Below are positions 49,155 to 61,706 of a DNA stretch of 64,000 nt, piece by piece. Source of the stretch: Octopus vulgaris (taxonomy: Eukaryota). The notes beneath the pieces are model-generated. The model worked only from the letters and a program-made list of their open reading frames with translations. It was not told where the DNA came from and did not search any database. Within the stretch, counting starts at the first letter, position 1. Every line of letters begins with the position of its first letter. The DNA lies in contig OX597819.1 of NCBI GenBank assembly GCA_951406725.2, positions 84,754,001 through 84,818,000 on the forward strand, read 5' to 3'. A program made the position numbers and the translations under genes.

Positions 49155-51931
49155 CATTAGATTTTATGAACACTTCTGCTCAACTTTCTATCTATAGGTA
49201 CTACTTCAGTCACCTGTGCCTTTTTTTTTTATCATTTTAAAAAATCCTATCTCATATACTTTTATCATTTAAAATATTTATGAATTAAAAGTTATAACAG
49301 ATCTTAGATGGAGAGTTATTAAAATTGCAGTCATATTTTTAAATAATAGATGTAACTAGATTCACATATTTAAAAAAATGTTTTAAAATGAAGAGAAAGT
49401 GTTTTGCTATAGGTGAGAATGTGGATAAGACACACTCTTAATATTGTTTAACCCAGATTTGAGTCTAGACCATCCCATTTCCCCCCAAACATAGTGTACT
49501 TTAAACTGTTTTATTCAGTATGTCTTTCCTTTAAGTTTTTAAGGTACAGTTTGAGGGAGATTTGGCAGTGATTGCTAGTATGCCAGATGACAATATGGAA
49601 GCTCCTTCATTGGCACTTTTAATATTTTGACATTGGGAAGAATGCAGTAAGCAAGTTTGTAACATAGGTGTATATTTACATTATATATTGATTACATTTT
49701 CATAGCCTTTTGTCTATATGAGTGAATAACAATAATTAGCTATGCTTGTAGACATCGATTGTTGTAAGTGCCAACACTTGAAGTTTTTGACTAATGAATA
49801 ATAAAAATAGCCTAAATTTTCTAAGAATATTTTAACTGAAATTTTCCTTAAGGAATCTGCTGTATAACTTTGTATTTATGTATGTACTAGCTGGTGTACC
49901 TGGTATTTCCCAGGGGTGGGGGTGGGGGGTAAAGATGTTCTATTCAAATGCCTTATTACTCTGATATAAGAAAGCAATTTCGTTATAACTTCTGCAAAAG
50001 GTGTATTTTCTGTCGCGAAAAAGTACAAAAAACTGTCAACTGGAGGAGAGAGAAATTGTTGGAGGTTGGCGAGAGGCAAAGACATTATTCTGCTTAGTGA
50101 AGGCATCTGGCAAATGTATAACTGCTATCATTCATAGAAAAATTATTGTTTTACCGTGAGAAAAGTGCTGTTGAAGTGTTAAGTGAAATTTGGCAATTGA
50201 GGATCGAATCCACACTATGTCTGCATGATGCCACTACAAATACGTTGTGGAATAAAAATTTATCTACTGTCATGGAAAAAGGGTAACTGTAAAAATGCAG
50301 AATTATTGGAGTAATGGGCATTCAAAAAAGATGTATGTAAAGAAATGTATGAATGAAGTTTTTAATATTTAAGATTCAAATTAAGGAAGTGCAATAATAA
50401 TGTTTAGCAGTTCAAAACTGTGAGTAGTGAAATGCAGAATTAGGTTGGCTGATCATAAGAATCAAATATTGATTGCTTCCCTAAAATCTGCAGGTGGTAC
50501 GGATTATTTCCCTTGAGTTGTTTAACTAAAATAGGAGTAATATGTAGTAGATAGAAGGATCCATTAGAAGGGCCCTATTATCGATTTTATTCATCAATCT
50601 AAGTATGTCACGAAGTTTCCAGACATGATTTCTCCTCACGTGTCAAATAAAGTATCAGTTTCAACCTCATAAATCCTAGGGCTTGTGACAGACGTAAGTT
50701 TTTAAGTTAGTCTTTTTAAATGGCTGTGCATATAGGAAAACTAATAGTGACAAACTGGCAGAGTTGTTGGAGTACGATGCGTTAGAAATTTTTACAGCAT
50801 TTCTTCCAGCTCTATGATCTGAGTTCAGAGGATTTGAACTCTGCTAAGTTTGACTTTTATCCTGGGTGGTGGTGGTGGGGGATCAATAAATGAAGTACCA
50901 GTCCTGGGCAATGGATTAAGAAAATTATTATAGCCTTGTACAAGGTGTTATTTGGTGTTATTTGTTGTGGCTCTTTGCTTGTGATGATATCTGTGTCAAA
51001 CTGTATTGGTTCTTGCCATGCCTTTCACTTTGGGAGATAGCATCACGGAGGAGGTGGGGGAGTCAGTGACAGAGTAGTTAGAGAAAGGGAGAGGAATGAA
51101 AGTGCAAGAGTTTAGAATAGTATGGTAAAGTATGAAAATTATAGTAGAAATAAAATGTAGAGGGAATAAAAAGGAAAAGAGAGAGAGAGAGAGAGCGAGT
51201 GAGTGAGGTGATAGAAAAGAGATAGGAGAAGAGTAAGCTGCATGCCTAGGTACTGCTGGCCTTCTATTTAAAACAAAAAGAAAAGGCCTTTAGAAACTTG
51301 CTTTGCAACCATATGGTTTCAAGTTCTGTCCCATTGTGCAGCGTCTTAGGCAAATGTCTTCTACTACAGCCCTGAGCTGACCAGTGCTTTATGAGTGAAT
51401 TTAATGGATGGAAACTCTGTGGAAGTCCACTATACATATGTATCATATGTATACACACAAACATGCTACATCCTGCCATGTATGTATGTATGTATATATG
51501 TATCTATCTGTATGTGTGTGTGTCTTTGTGTTCCTGTAACTTAGCAGTTTAGCAAAAGAGACCAATAGAATAAAACAGACTTTAAAAAATAAGTACCGGA
51601 GTTAATTTGACTGAACCCTGCAAGGCAGTGCCCCAGCATGGCTGCAGTCCAATGACTGAAATAAGTAAAAAATATAAAAACCTGCACTTTGAAGAGGAAT
51701 TTACCAGTCGTCTTTGTGTGTTTCTGAATGGCTAAGTTGTGTCCTCCATGCTACTGTTATTATATAATAATAGCCAATATAAATGCTGGGTGGTTGGTTG
51801 ATTGGATGATTTCTCTAGTTGTCCTTTATACTGTATAGAGAGAAGGGAAGAGAGAGGAAAAGAGAGATGCAGAGAGAGTTAACATTGGAGGATGAGTGCA
51901 CATACTTGGTGGCAGGCAATGAGTAAAGAAT

Positions 51932-51981
<50 letters not shown>

Positions 51982-53748
51982 AGAGATATAGAATCTTGGA
52001 GAGTAGGAGGAAGAGGTGGAGTAAATGACAGGGTAGTTAGAGAAAGAAAGACAAGAATGAAAGCACAACAGTTATAATAAAACAAAAATATAATAGAAAT
52101 AAGGATTATAAAACAAATTAGAGGGAGTAAAAAGGAGAGGGAAAAAAGAGTAGGGTGAAATGGTGATAGGTAGAGAGGCAGAGAGAGGAGGGGAAGAAGT
52201 CAATTATAAGTGTATTATAGAAGAAATGAAAATGTATTATATGAGAAAATTTATTTGAAGAACAGTGAAAATGTGTAATAAAATGTGAACAGTCAATTGC
52301 AAAGGTATTTAAACAGTTTGACGTGTAGAGCAATGTTTTATATTTCTCTTCATAAAACAAAGTTTTATAGAGATGAACAAACAAATAAAAATGTTATAAA
52401 ACAAATAGGTTTTTATTAGGTTAAGTGACAGATACACTAAAAAAATGTGTGTAAATGTGTGTAAAATAGGCTCACACACATATATAAACATATACATGCT
52501 CACACGCACACATACACACATCGTCATTGTTTTAATGTCCACTTTTCCATACTTGCATGGGTCAGATGGAATTTGTTGAGGCAGTTTTTCTACAGCTGGA
52601 TGCCCTTCCTGTCACCATCCTTTATTTCCCAGCAAGGTAATATTTCCCTGTGACCATGACACTTACTTGCAACTGTCACATGATATCAAAAGCAAGCAGA
52701 CACACACACAACTAGGCATGTACATATACAGACATATACATCACCTTGATCAACTTGACTGGTCGGATGTTGCTTTCAATCTACTGACCACAATATTTCA
52801 TCCATTCTATTCTTGATCTTGCCCTCCTCCATTGCAGTCTCATTCTCTTTATGTCATTAATCCAACTGAGTGGAGATCTTCTGAGTGGTTGTTTCATGCA
52901 TGTACCACACATATAAATTAATTTTAAGGTAATAAATATTTTTGCTTTTGAAAATTAATATACATTTCATCACTTTGTATAAGTGCCAAGGAATTTGATA
53001 GAAATTTATATCATATTTCCTGATATTACCCATAGCGGCAAAAGTATACTTCCTAATTGAATCCATCATATGATGGGTAACACTTTAGTTTTCTCATATA
53101 TAGTATTTAATTATGCGTTTTATAACCAGTTCCAAGATATTTTACTTTGATTTAGAGCAGTATTATAGATTCCTTATTTGCAGCCTATTCAGCTATTTTG
53201 CTTTCTTTTTTTCACCTTCTTTTAAAGAGTGGCTCAGTGGTTAGAGCATTGGGCTCACAATCATGAGGTAGTGAGCTTAGTTCCCAAACCAGGCTGTGTG
53301 TTGTGTTCTTGAGCAAGACACTTTATTTCATGTCGTTCCAGTTCACTTAGCTGTAGAAATGAGTTGCGACATCACTGGTGCCAAGCTGTATTGGCTTTTG
53401 TCTTTCCCTTGGGTAACATTGGTGGCATGGAGAGGGGAGGCTAGTATGCATGGACAACTGCCAATCTTCCATAAACAGCCTTGCCTGGACTTGTCCCTTG
53501 CAGAGAAACTTTCTAAGTGCAATCCCATGGTCAGTCATGACCAAAAAGGGTAATTTCTTACTTTTACCAACACTAGTTCAACACTTAGTGTTTATTTGGT
53601 CACTTTCCATTGTAGGTTTTTCAAATAGATTTCTTTAGTTTAAATCGATTTTGTAAATTTATTTACAGTATTGTATACAGGAGCTGAGCATTATTATAAA
53701 AGGTGACATAAACTACATACATTAAGTGTTAAGGTCTTGACCGTTTAA

Positions 53749-53959
53749 CCCTTTGGCATTCACATTATGCAATGCTTATTTATTCACATTGTTTTCAACT
53801 AATCATGCACTATATTGCAACTTTGAGATTTCGATGATGTGATTGTTTATTTTTAGAATTACTTTGAAAGGGAGGTGGGAAAGGTCAGTTCTGGCTGGTT
53901 TTGAACTTAAAACGTGTAGAATATTTGGGTCAGATATGATTGGTTTAAATGCTAAAGGT
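53749..53959. mobile_element. TTAA-flanked MITE, same family (reverse orientation)
   Basis: TTAA|CCCTTTGGCATT...AATGCTAAAGGT|TTAA. Confidence 0.75.
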
Positions 53960-54527
53960 TTAACGTACAGTATGTGATTGTTGAAAGAGAACAAAATTCT
54001 ATTATATCTTTGTAGTGTTCACCGTAATAATTAACATCAAGTTTACAATATTTTCTAGTACAAATTTCATACCCAAGTGCTTTGAAAATTACCACTGGCT
54101 GAATCAATAAGGGATGCTGGTCTATTAATTAGACAGACTATTCCATCATTGACTCTGCGCTCTGTCCTTGGCAGAAGTACTTAACTATTAATGGTCTAGT
54201 TCCAGCAGCTTTGCATAGGATCAATAGCAGTGGTGGGTATATTGTATAATTGATGAGTAATTTGTGAGCTTCTGATGTTGAAATCTTTTCTTCCCATGGA
54301 TAAGGAGAAAGCAACAGGAAACCACTTCAGTGTATCCTTTCTCGAATAATCCTCATGGTTCCAGTTACCCAATGAATGGTGGAATTTTTACTTACCAAAT
54401 GCATTAATACAAACTTTTACTTGTTTTGTTTACGAGCTTTTAAACTAACCCAAGTGTTTTTGGTATATTCAAACATTTTTTTTTTGTTTTCTTTCATCAT
54501 TGTAGTATTGCTGACAGTAATTTCAAC

Positions 54528-54582
54528 ATGAGTGCTGATATACATTACAGAGCTTTAACAGCTGGAGAAGAAGGCAAAATAG
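54528..54582 (+). CDS. RRM protein (TDRD10-like RRM?), coding exon A
   Basis: Acceptor ttgtag before 54506; ATG at 54528 gives MSADIHYRALTAGEEGKI; donor G|gtaaat. The frame is also open back to the acceptor, so the true start may lie in an upstream exon. Confidence 0.65.
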
Positions 54583-54714
54583 GTAAATTGATAATATTGA
54601 TTTCTATTGAATGTGTTTATCAATTGGATTTTTCTTCATATCTAATAGGCTTTCTGTTGATTTTATTTATTACTATTATTATTATTATTAATGTAATTTT
54701 TTTTGTCTTTGTAG

Positions 54715-54755
54715 ATATAATCTACATTGGTAATATTCCAACAAATATATCACAA
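54715..54755 (+). CDS. RRM protein exon B (RNP2: IYIGNI)
   Basis: tttgtag|AT...CAA|gtaagt; 41 nt, phase 1 to 0; DIIYIGNIPTNISQ. Confidence 0.8.
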
Positions 54756-57633
54756 GTAAGTGTAAATGTATTTTTCAGTTTTACATCTTTAGGATTTTAA
54801 TCATTTGGTATTTTAAGTCTTTTTTTTCTTTAATATTTTAATATTTTTTTCACCCTATAGGTTTGATGTCTTTTGCAAAGTTTTGATACTGTTAGTAATT
54901 ATTGAATTGTTTATTTGATGCGTTGAGTCAATAATTTTTAGTAAAGTACTTTTTGTTAAATCACTTCACTCACAGATTAATGTTGCCATCTTTTTCTCTT
55001 TTACATTTATCTGTGAGTTGAATGAGTTTATCTAAGCCACATTTTGTCAATAAGTCAACTGCACAAAAACAAGCTATCATTGTATAACATATCAGATTTC
55101 TTTCTCATATTCATCAAAGAATGTTTGAAGTAAAAGAAGTGTTGGGGGAAAATATGTCAATTCTTCTGAATGAGCTAATTTGTAAAATATTGGTTTCTTT
55201 TGACTAAATACAAAGTCAGTTTTTGTTAGGAGTGGAAGGAAAAATCAATAGAATCAATTGTAGTATATTACTGGTACTTGAGTTAGCAAGTTCTTAAAAA
55301 TGGTTCAGTGCCAGATTAAATGCTTTTAATATTTTTAGTTTCTTTTCCTTACATTAGTTCTGACACCCTCTTCCAAAATCTGGCTCAGTGCCACAGATTT
55401 TGGGAGAAGGTGCAGCTAGCATTTTATTTTTTAAACCTTGAAAGGTTCATTGTATTATGAGCTCAGTTCCTGCTTGTATTAACCTTGACATTCATCTCTA
55501 TCACTCATTAAGATAAGTGTTTTTTTTAATAAATTTTAGATGAGAAATATTGGATAAAAACATGTGCTTCTATTTTTTTGTAAGGCAGTATCATTTTGTT
55601 TGTTATTTGTTTTTATATCATTTTCACCCAGTACACAAGTGGATGGCAAATAAACTGAGAAAATGTAGGCTTGTGAGGTCCCTTGAGTCCTGTCTCACTA
55701 AGGACTTATCAAACCTCTTTAGTGCAAGTGCCTTCAGAAAATGCACCCAGAATACTCTGTCAAATGGTTTGCAATAGCGAGGCTATCCAGCCATTGAAAC
55801 CAAACCAAAATGGTATATAAGCACCAGTCTATGAGAGTAGTGGCTCCCCACCCCACCCCAAATGACTAGTCTAGCTCTTGCAGAAAATGGATGTAAAATG
55901 ATGATTATGTGTCAATGTGTAATGGGTGACTATAAAACTTGCCTTTCCACCACACTTTAAACTACAGAGATTTTGATTAGTTACAATTTCCAGAACAAAA
56001 TAAAATGTCATCATGCCAAAAGTCAAGATCGAAATAGGGATCTTTAAATCTTTAAGTTTAATTCTCTCTTAATTGACTATTTAACTATCTTAATTAACTT
56101 AATTCTGACTATCTGCAAGTGACATTATAATTTATGTAGTCATATATATTTACTGTCCTTAAATAAGAATATTTCATTAAAGTATACTGAATGAATTATG
56201 TTAAACGATGAGATGATGATGATATTGATAGAAAACAAATTCATTCCAAATTAAAATGTAAGTCAAAATCTAATAGATCATTTTGTCTTTATACAGTTTT
56301 ACACCTTTTTTTATAGATTTTTGAAATTTGCCTGAAATCTATATATTTAAATAGATTGGAGAACAGACATTGCAGCTAATGAAAATTTCTTCACCAAACA
56401 CTTATCAATAAACACACAAGTGTTACTCAACCTGTGAAAAATAGTAGCCAAATTTCCCTCAAAACATGTCCCCTCATCTCAAATTAGGAAAGGACACTTT
56501 GAAAAATGTAATCCTATATATATACAAACAGACAAGCTAACATGGGGTGTGGAGAGAGATGGTATCTGTCAATCTTGTGAAGTTAGAAAAGCACTTGTAG
56601 AGGTGGCTGAAGAACAGCTTCTGGAATGACTGTGAAGTCCAGATTCCAATCTGTAGCCTCAGTTGCAGCTATTCTAAATAAAATTTAGAAAAATAATTAG
56701 GAAAGAGTAAGAAAATAGTGTTCATCCAATGTCAACAAATGCTACTTGTGATCTTGATAATCTATAAAGAAGTATTTAATTCACATAAAATGACTTCATT
56801 GATCTGTTGACCTGCCACATTTTTTACAAGAAAGAAATGTATAATTTTTGATGTCTGTTAAAATTGAGATCTGTTTTTAATTACAAAATATCACCATTGT
56901 CCTGGTTATATCTTGTAAAAAGGGAGTTCATCTTATCTAGTGTGGAAGCATCAGTAGACCTCATCTTAAAAGGTTTTACAATATTTAAAATTTTGGATCC
57001 AAAGTTGTGTTTTTTTTTATGTGTGTATGTGTGTCATCATCATCAGTTTGACATTCATTTTTCCATGCTTGCATGAGACAGAGTTTATTCAAACAGATTT
57101 TCTATGGCTGGATATCCTTCCAGTTGCTAACCCTTACTTCTTTCCAAGCAAAGTAATATTTCTCATGGCCAGACATGTTTTTGGGGAACATTCGGAATGA
57201 ATGACACTCATTAACATCTACCACACTATGTCATAACAAAGAGGGACACACACAATAGACTTCTTTCAGTTTCCATCTACCAAATCTATCAAAAGCCTTT
57301 GCCCACCCAGCAGCTGTAATAGAAGAAACTCACTGAAAGTGTCATACAGTGGTATTGAACCTGGAACTATGTGGTTGAAAAGCAAACTTCTTAACCATCC
57401 AGTCATGCCTATACCTATATAATATAGATACATTTTATGAACACACTCAGTTACATAGGTCTCTCCAATTGATACAAACCTTGAAACTACAGGCTAGGGA
57501 ACAAGTACTAATTTCCAATTATGGAAAGAATGTTAAAAATATAACAAAATGATATTCAAACAACTAAAATTATAACCCCCAAATCCATCATATTAACAGA
57601 TTAATTAAGCTTTTTTTGTCTTTTAAATTTCAG

Positions 57634-57704
57634 GAAGAAATTGAAAAATTCTTTTCAGAAGTGAAAATTGTTGAATTAAAACTGATTAACAATGGAATTA
57701 AAAC
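57634..57704 (+). CDS. RRM protein exon C
   Basis: tttcag|GAA...AC|gtaagt; 71 nt, phase 0 to 2; EEIEKFFSEVKIVELKLINNGIK (RRM helix 1 and beta 2). Confidence 0.8.
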
Positions 57705-57945
57705 GTAAGTAACCTTCTTAAGGTATATTGATAAATTTTGTTGATAGACAAGTTAAGTTGATGTAAAGATAAACTATTGGATTTCACAGATATTTCACGA
57801 TTTTTATTGCTGTTAAACCTCAAGTTGGCTTAGATCCGCTATGCCTAATTATCCTATCTTTCTGTCTGGAACTGTTTTCAATTTTCATTTTGTAAACTGG
57901 GTAGTGACTATAATTGAGCAATTATATAGGAGAAACTTATTTTAA

Positions 57946-58164
57946 CCCTTTCGTTGCTAAATTTCTCTTGAAATATACTGCCTTTTTTCAAATAATTTTG
58001 AAAAGAATGACGTATTTAGTAAAATAACCATGTCATTATCAAATTGGTGTTTGGAACATAAATTAACAAGGAATTCTGATGGAAGTTTTAATTTAGATAA
58101 CTTTAAAACAGGGAATTTATATCAGAGAGCAAGGGCAGTCTTGAGCAGGTTGGTATTAAAAGGG
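57946..58164. mobile_element. TTAA-flanked MITE, second family
   Basis: TTAA|CCCTTT...AAAGGG|TTAA with an unrelated interior. Confidence 0.6.
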
Positions 58165-58404
58165 TTAACATACACATAACAAGTTTTTATTGTCTTGAAC
58201 CATGCTGTAATGTGCCAACCATCATTGACTTGCTTTTGCCTTACTATATCAACTATTAACTGCTTAAATGCAATGATGTCTGATAAGTAATACAATATTA
58301 TCTGAAATGAATTTAACTTTATTACTATCTTCATTTATGGTCTTATTGGAAAAAATAGTTTCCATAGAGTTTTTATTTTTATTTTTCTCTTTGATTAATA
58401 ATAC

Positions 58405-58810
58405 ATGTGGCAGAAATGGGGTTTCTCTGAAGGATCTCTGGAGTAATGTTACTTGACAGAGTTTGTTGCTCAACCTGAAGAGACTGCTTGACCTCTGGAA
58501 TCTCTCCAGATTGAGCCGCTACTTCTCCACATTGAGAGGTCATAACTCCATACTATGGGCATGTGATTAGAATGTCCCTGGAAAGGATTGTAAGACAGAT
58601 TCTTCAAGCTGAGTCAACCAGCAAGAGATCTAAGAATAGATCAAGAAGGAGATGGCTGGATAATATCCATAGTCTCAGTTGGTCATGCTTGAGGATCCAG
58701 CTGGAAAGTCTGTTGTTGCTTCTGATAGGATCCTGTAAAGGGGTTGCCTGAAAACTCTTCCTCCACAAACCTCCCAAGAATAGTGGGCAGAAAAGATGGA
58801 TGGATGCATT
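58405..58810 (+). mobile_element. Degraded RTE (Expander/Rex3-like) 3' fragment
   Basis: AEMGFL*RISG...ESLQIEPLLLHIERS*L.YYGHVIRMSLERIVRQIL...RSRRRWLDNI; (GATG)n tail. Confidence 0.7.
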
Positions 58811-58943
58811 AAAACTAAAGCCTCCTTCATATTTTTGGTCTTTGCAAGTTTGAAGCAAGAGGTTTGACAAACTGATGGTTCATATGTGATCAGTTTTTTA
58901 AATTCGAGAACATTTTTTAGAATTTTTTCTTTTTGCTGTTTAG

Positions 58944-59050
58944 ATATGGAATGGCTAAATGTATCAATAATGAAGAAGCAGGAAAAGCCTTAGAGTTATA
59001 CCGTGACAAAGAACTAAATGGTCGTCGACTTGTTCTAAGGAAATTTAAAA
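58944..59050 (+). CDS. RRM protein exon D (RNP1-like, helix 2, beta 4)
   Basis: gtttag|A...A|gtaagt; 107 nt, phase 2 to 1; TYGMAKCINNEEAGKALELYRDKELNGRRLVLRKFK, a typical RRM C-terminal half. Confidence 0.82.
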
Positions 59051-60265
59051 GTAAGTTGTATGAAAATGCTTTGTTGTTGTAGTCTGTGTAATTTGTATTT
59101 GTGTGTGTTTCTCTTCCTCACATTTCCACTTCATGTACTATGAATACCTTCTAATCCCCAATCTTATCCTCTTGACCCAATGCCACTGTATCATTACTCT
59201 CTGCTTGCCCTTGATCTGTGTGTTCTACCCACATGCCTTGTCTCACTCTATTATTGCCTCTGCTAGCCCCCGACCTGGGTGTTCCACCCACATGTAACAA
59301 GAAAACTTTCCCCTCACCCTATCCCAACAAACCAATTTACATCTCTTTCTTGCATTTCCTCCTTCATTCACTATGCCTAGCTCTCACTCCCCAATCCTGT
59401 CCTCACACCCCTGTTCCTCTGTATCATTGCTATCCAGTAGCCCCTCCAACTCTATATATACCCAGGTCTTTTGCCACTTACTTGCACTCTTTAATTGCAC
59501 TCTCTTCGCAATATCCTGTCACTTATGGCATTTGAACCTCAAGGGTATGCCCTGGCACTTGCCACTATCTATATCTCTCTCTTCCTTTACTCAACCATCT
59601 TATTTATACTCTGATCCCTGTTCCTTGTAAGTATGCCCAGCATTTTGCCACCATCTCCATCCTGCAGTCTCCCACTCTCTCTCTCTCTCTCTCTCCTGCA
59701 CGTCTCTCAGGTTGGGCAACTGTGTATTTTCTTTGCGGTAGCACACCTGTTTCTGTCTTCATTCCTGATCTTTCTCTTTCTGGCGGGGTAACCTTGTACT
59801 TTCAGCAAGACACCTGTATTTGTTTCACTATAACCACTTCATCATCACCTCCTCCAATGCCTCCTCCCCTTTTTAAAAGTTTTTGTCTTGCAAGTACTTG
59901 GTGACCCTGTCAGTGCAGATGCAACTTAAAAGCACCCAGCCCATACTGTAAAGTGGTTGGTGTTCGGAAGGGCATCTAGCTGTAAAAACTTTGCCAAAAC
60001 TGACCTAGCATGTGCTTGTGCCACATAAAAAGCACTAAGTCCACTCTGATACGGGGTTGGTGTTAAGAAGGGCATCCAGCTGTAAAAATCCTGCCAAAAC
60101 AGTCACAGAAGTCTGTATCAAGGTACATGTAAGTTTTGTATGTCTGCATGTATGTGCCACATATATATATGCTAAAAAAGGCAATTAAGCCAAAACCACG
60201 AAAAAATAATTCTTAAGGCATGATGTTAATGGCACTAAAGTGAACAAAATATAAAAAATTAGTTA

Positions 60266-60339
60266 ATCACATACTCGAGTTTCGCTATTAATGACTAAGT
60301 AAATGAATTTATTTGGCATCCATGGCTCGTCAGAGAGAT
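60266..60339 (-). ncRNA. Type I hammerhead ribozyme motif, mirror copy
   Basis: Minus strand reads ATCTCT-CTGACGA-GCCA...TAGC-GAAA-C TCGA G-TA-TGTGAT. Core intact, palindromic stem III, stem I with two mismatches. Confidence 0.72.
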
Positions 60340-60575
60340 CATTAAAGAATACATGATTATGTATCTTTAATACGTACCGAAAACACATGCGCAACACAGC
60401 TCCATCTTTATACATTATGGATTCAAATTTAGTGCATGAGTGTAGTCAAATGCTGCTGGGCTATTTGACTATGCTCGTGCACTAAATTTGAATCTATAAT
60501 GTATAAAGATGGAGCTGTCTTGCGCACGCACCTGTTTTCAGTACGTATTAAAGATACATACTCATGTATTTAATG

Positions 60576-60649
60576 ATCCCACTGATGAGCTACGGATGCC
60601 AAATTAATTAATTTATTTGGCAATTAATAACGAAACTTGAGTATGGGAT
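60576..60649 (+). ncRNA. Type I hammerhead ribozyme motif (Penelope-like)
   Basis: ATCCCA-CTGATGA-GCTA..(TGCCAAAT/ATTTGGCA hairpin)..TAAC-GAAA-C TTGA G-TA-TGGGAT. Intact core, perfect 6-bp stem I, minimal stem III, GUA cleavage triplet. Confidence 0.8.
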
Positions 60650-60999
60650 TAACTAATTTTTTATTTTGTTCACTCTAGTGTCATTCATACCTTAAGAATT
60701 CTTTTTTCATGATTTGGGTTTAACTGCCATTTTAGCATGTAAGAAGTCCTGTCAAGGGTCTTTTCTCTGTGTATAAATCTTTAAACACTCCAGATGAGCA
60801 GGGGTTGTATCTAACTTTTGTTATGGATTGTTTTGATAAAATAAGTACCTGTTAAAATACTTGAGATAAAGTTATAAAGAATGATATTATGGCTGTATGT
60901 ATGTACAAGGAATTAATACTGCTTAAATCTGTGGATTAGCATTTTGTTTTTTTTCTTTTTTACATTTTCTTGACAAAAGACATTTCATTTCTGTTTTAG

Positions 61000-61179
61000 A
61001 CAAAAAAGGCAATGATGGAGATACATCAGAGGCTGAGAATGTTTCTGAAATAAGTGGAAATTCAGATTCGAGAGATGTAAACAAATTCTCCAAATCTAAA
61101 AATAGCCATTCAGCTGGTGGTAATGAGATGCCCAAGTTGGAAGATTGCAAGCATGATTCCACCAGTTCAGATCATCAAG
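61000..61179 (+). CDS. RRM protein exon E (S/D/N-rich linker)
   Basis: gttttag|AC...CAAG|gtactt; 180 nt, phase 1 to 1, stop-free; NKKGNDGDTSEAENVSEISG...SSDHQ. Confidence 0.75.
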
Positions 61180-61570
61180 GTACTTGTAAGTCTTATGTGT
61201 GTCTGTATGTCTGTGTGCACATGTGCATGTATGTGTCATATGTATGTATGTGTGTGTGTGTGTATTATTTATGTCAGAAGTAGTTAAAAACTTCAAAGCA
61301 TATGAAATAAATCATTTTTGATAATTTATTCCATATATCAAATATTGTGCGACTCAGAATTAGATTATGCTGTAAATGATAGCATGTGGAATATTGAATC
61401 AAAATACCCCTTGGGTGGAAAAAGCTGAAGGTTACCCTTAGGGCATGAACTCATATCTTGTATAAATTGGATGGTCCAGACTTTGACTGCTCATTCAAGG
61501 GGTTTCTTAATCCAATATTTTACACACTATTGTTTATAACTGTGTCTACTTTAAGTTCCATCGTTAAAAA

Positions 61571-61611
<41 letters not shown>

Positions 61612-61648
61612 TACACACATATGTATGTGTGTGTGTGTGTATATATTC

Positions 61649-61706
<58 letters not shown>

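Larger units (their letters stand above)
60169..60738. repeat. 570-bp imperfect palindrome (inverted Penelope-type terminal repeat)
   Basis: Arms of about 280 bp are reverse complements throughout (e.g. cagctccatctttatacattat / ataatgtataaagatggagctg) around an 11-nt spacer at 60452-60462. Confidence 0.93.
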
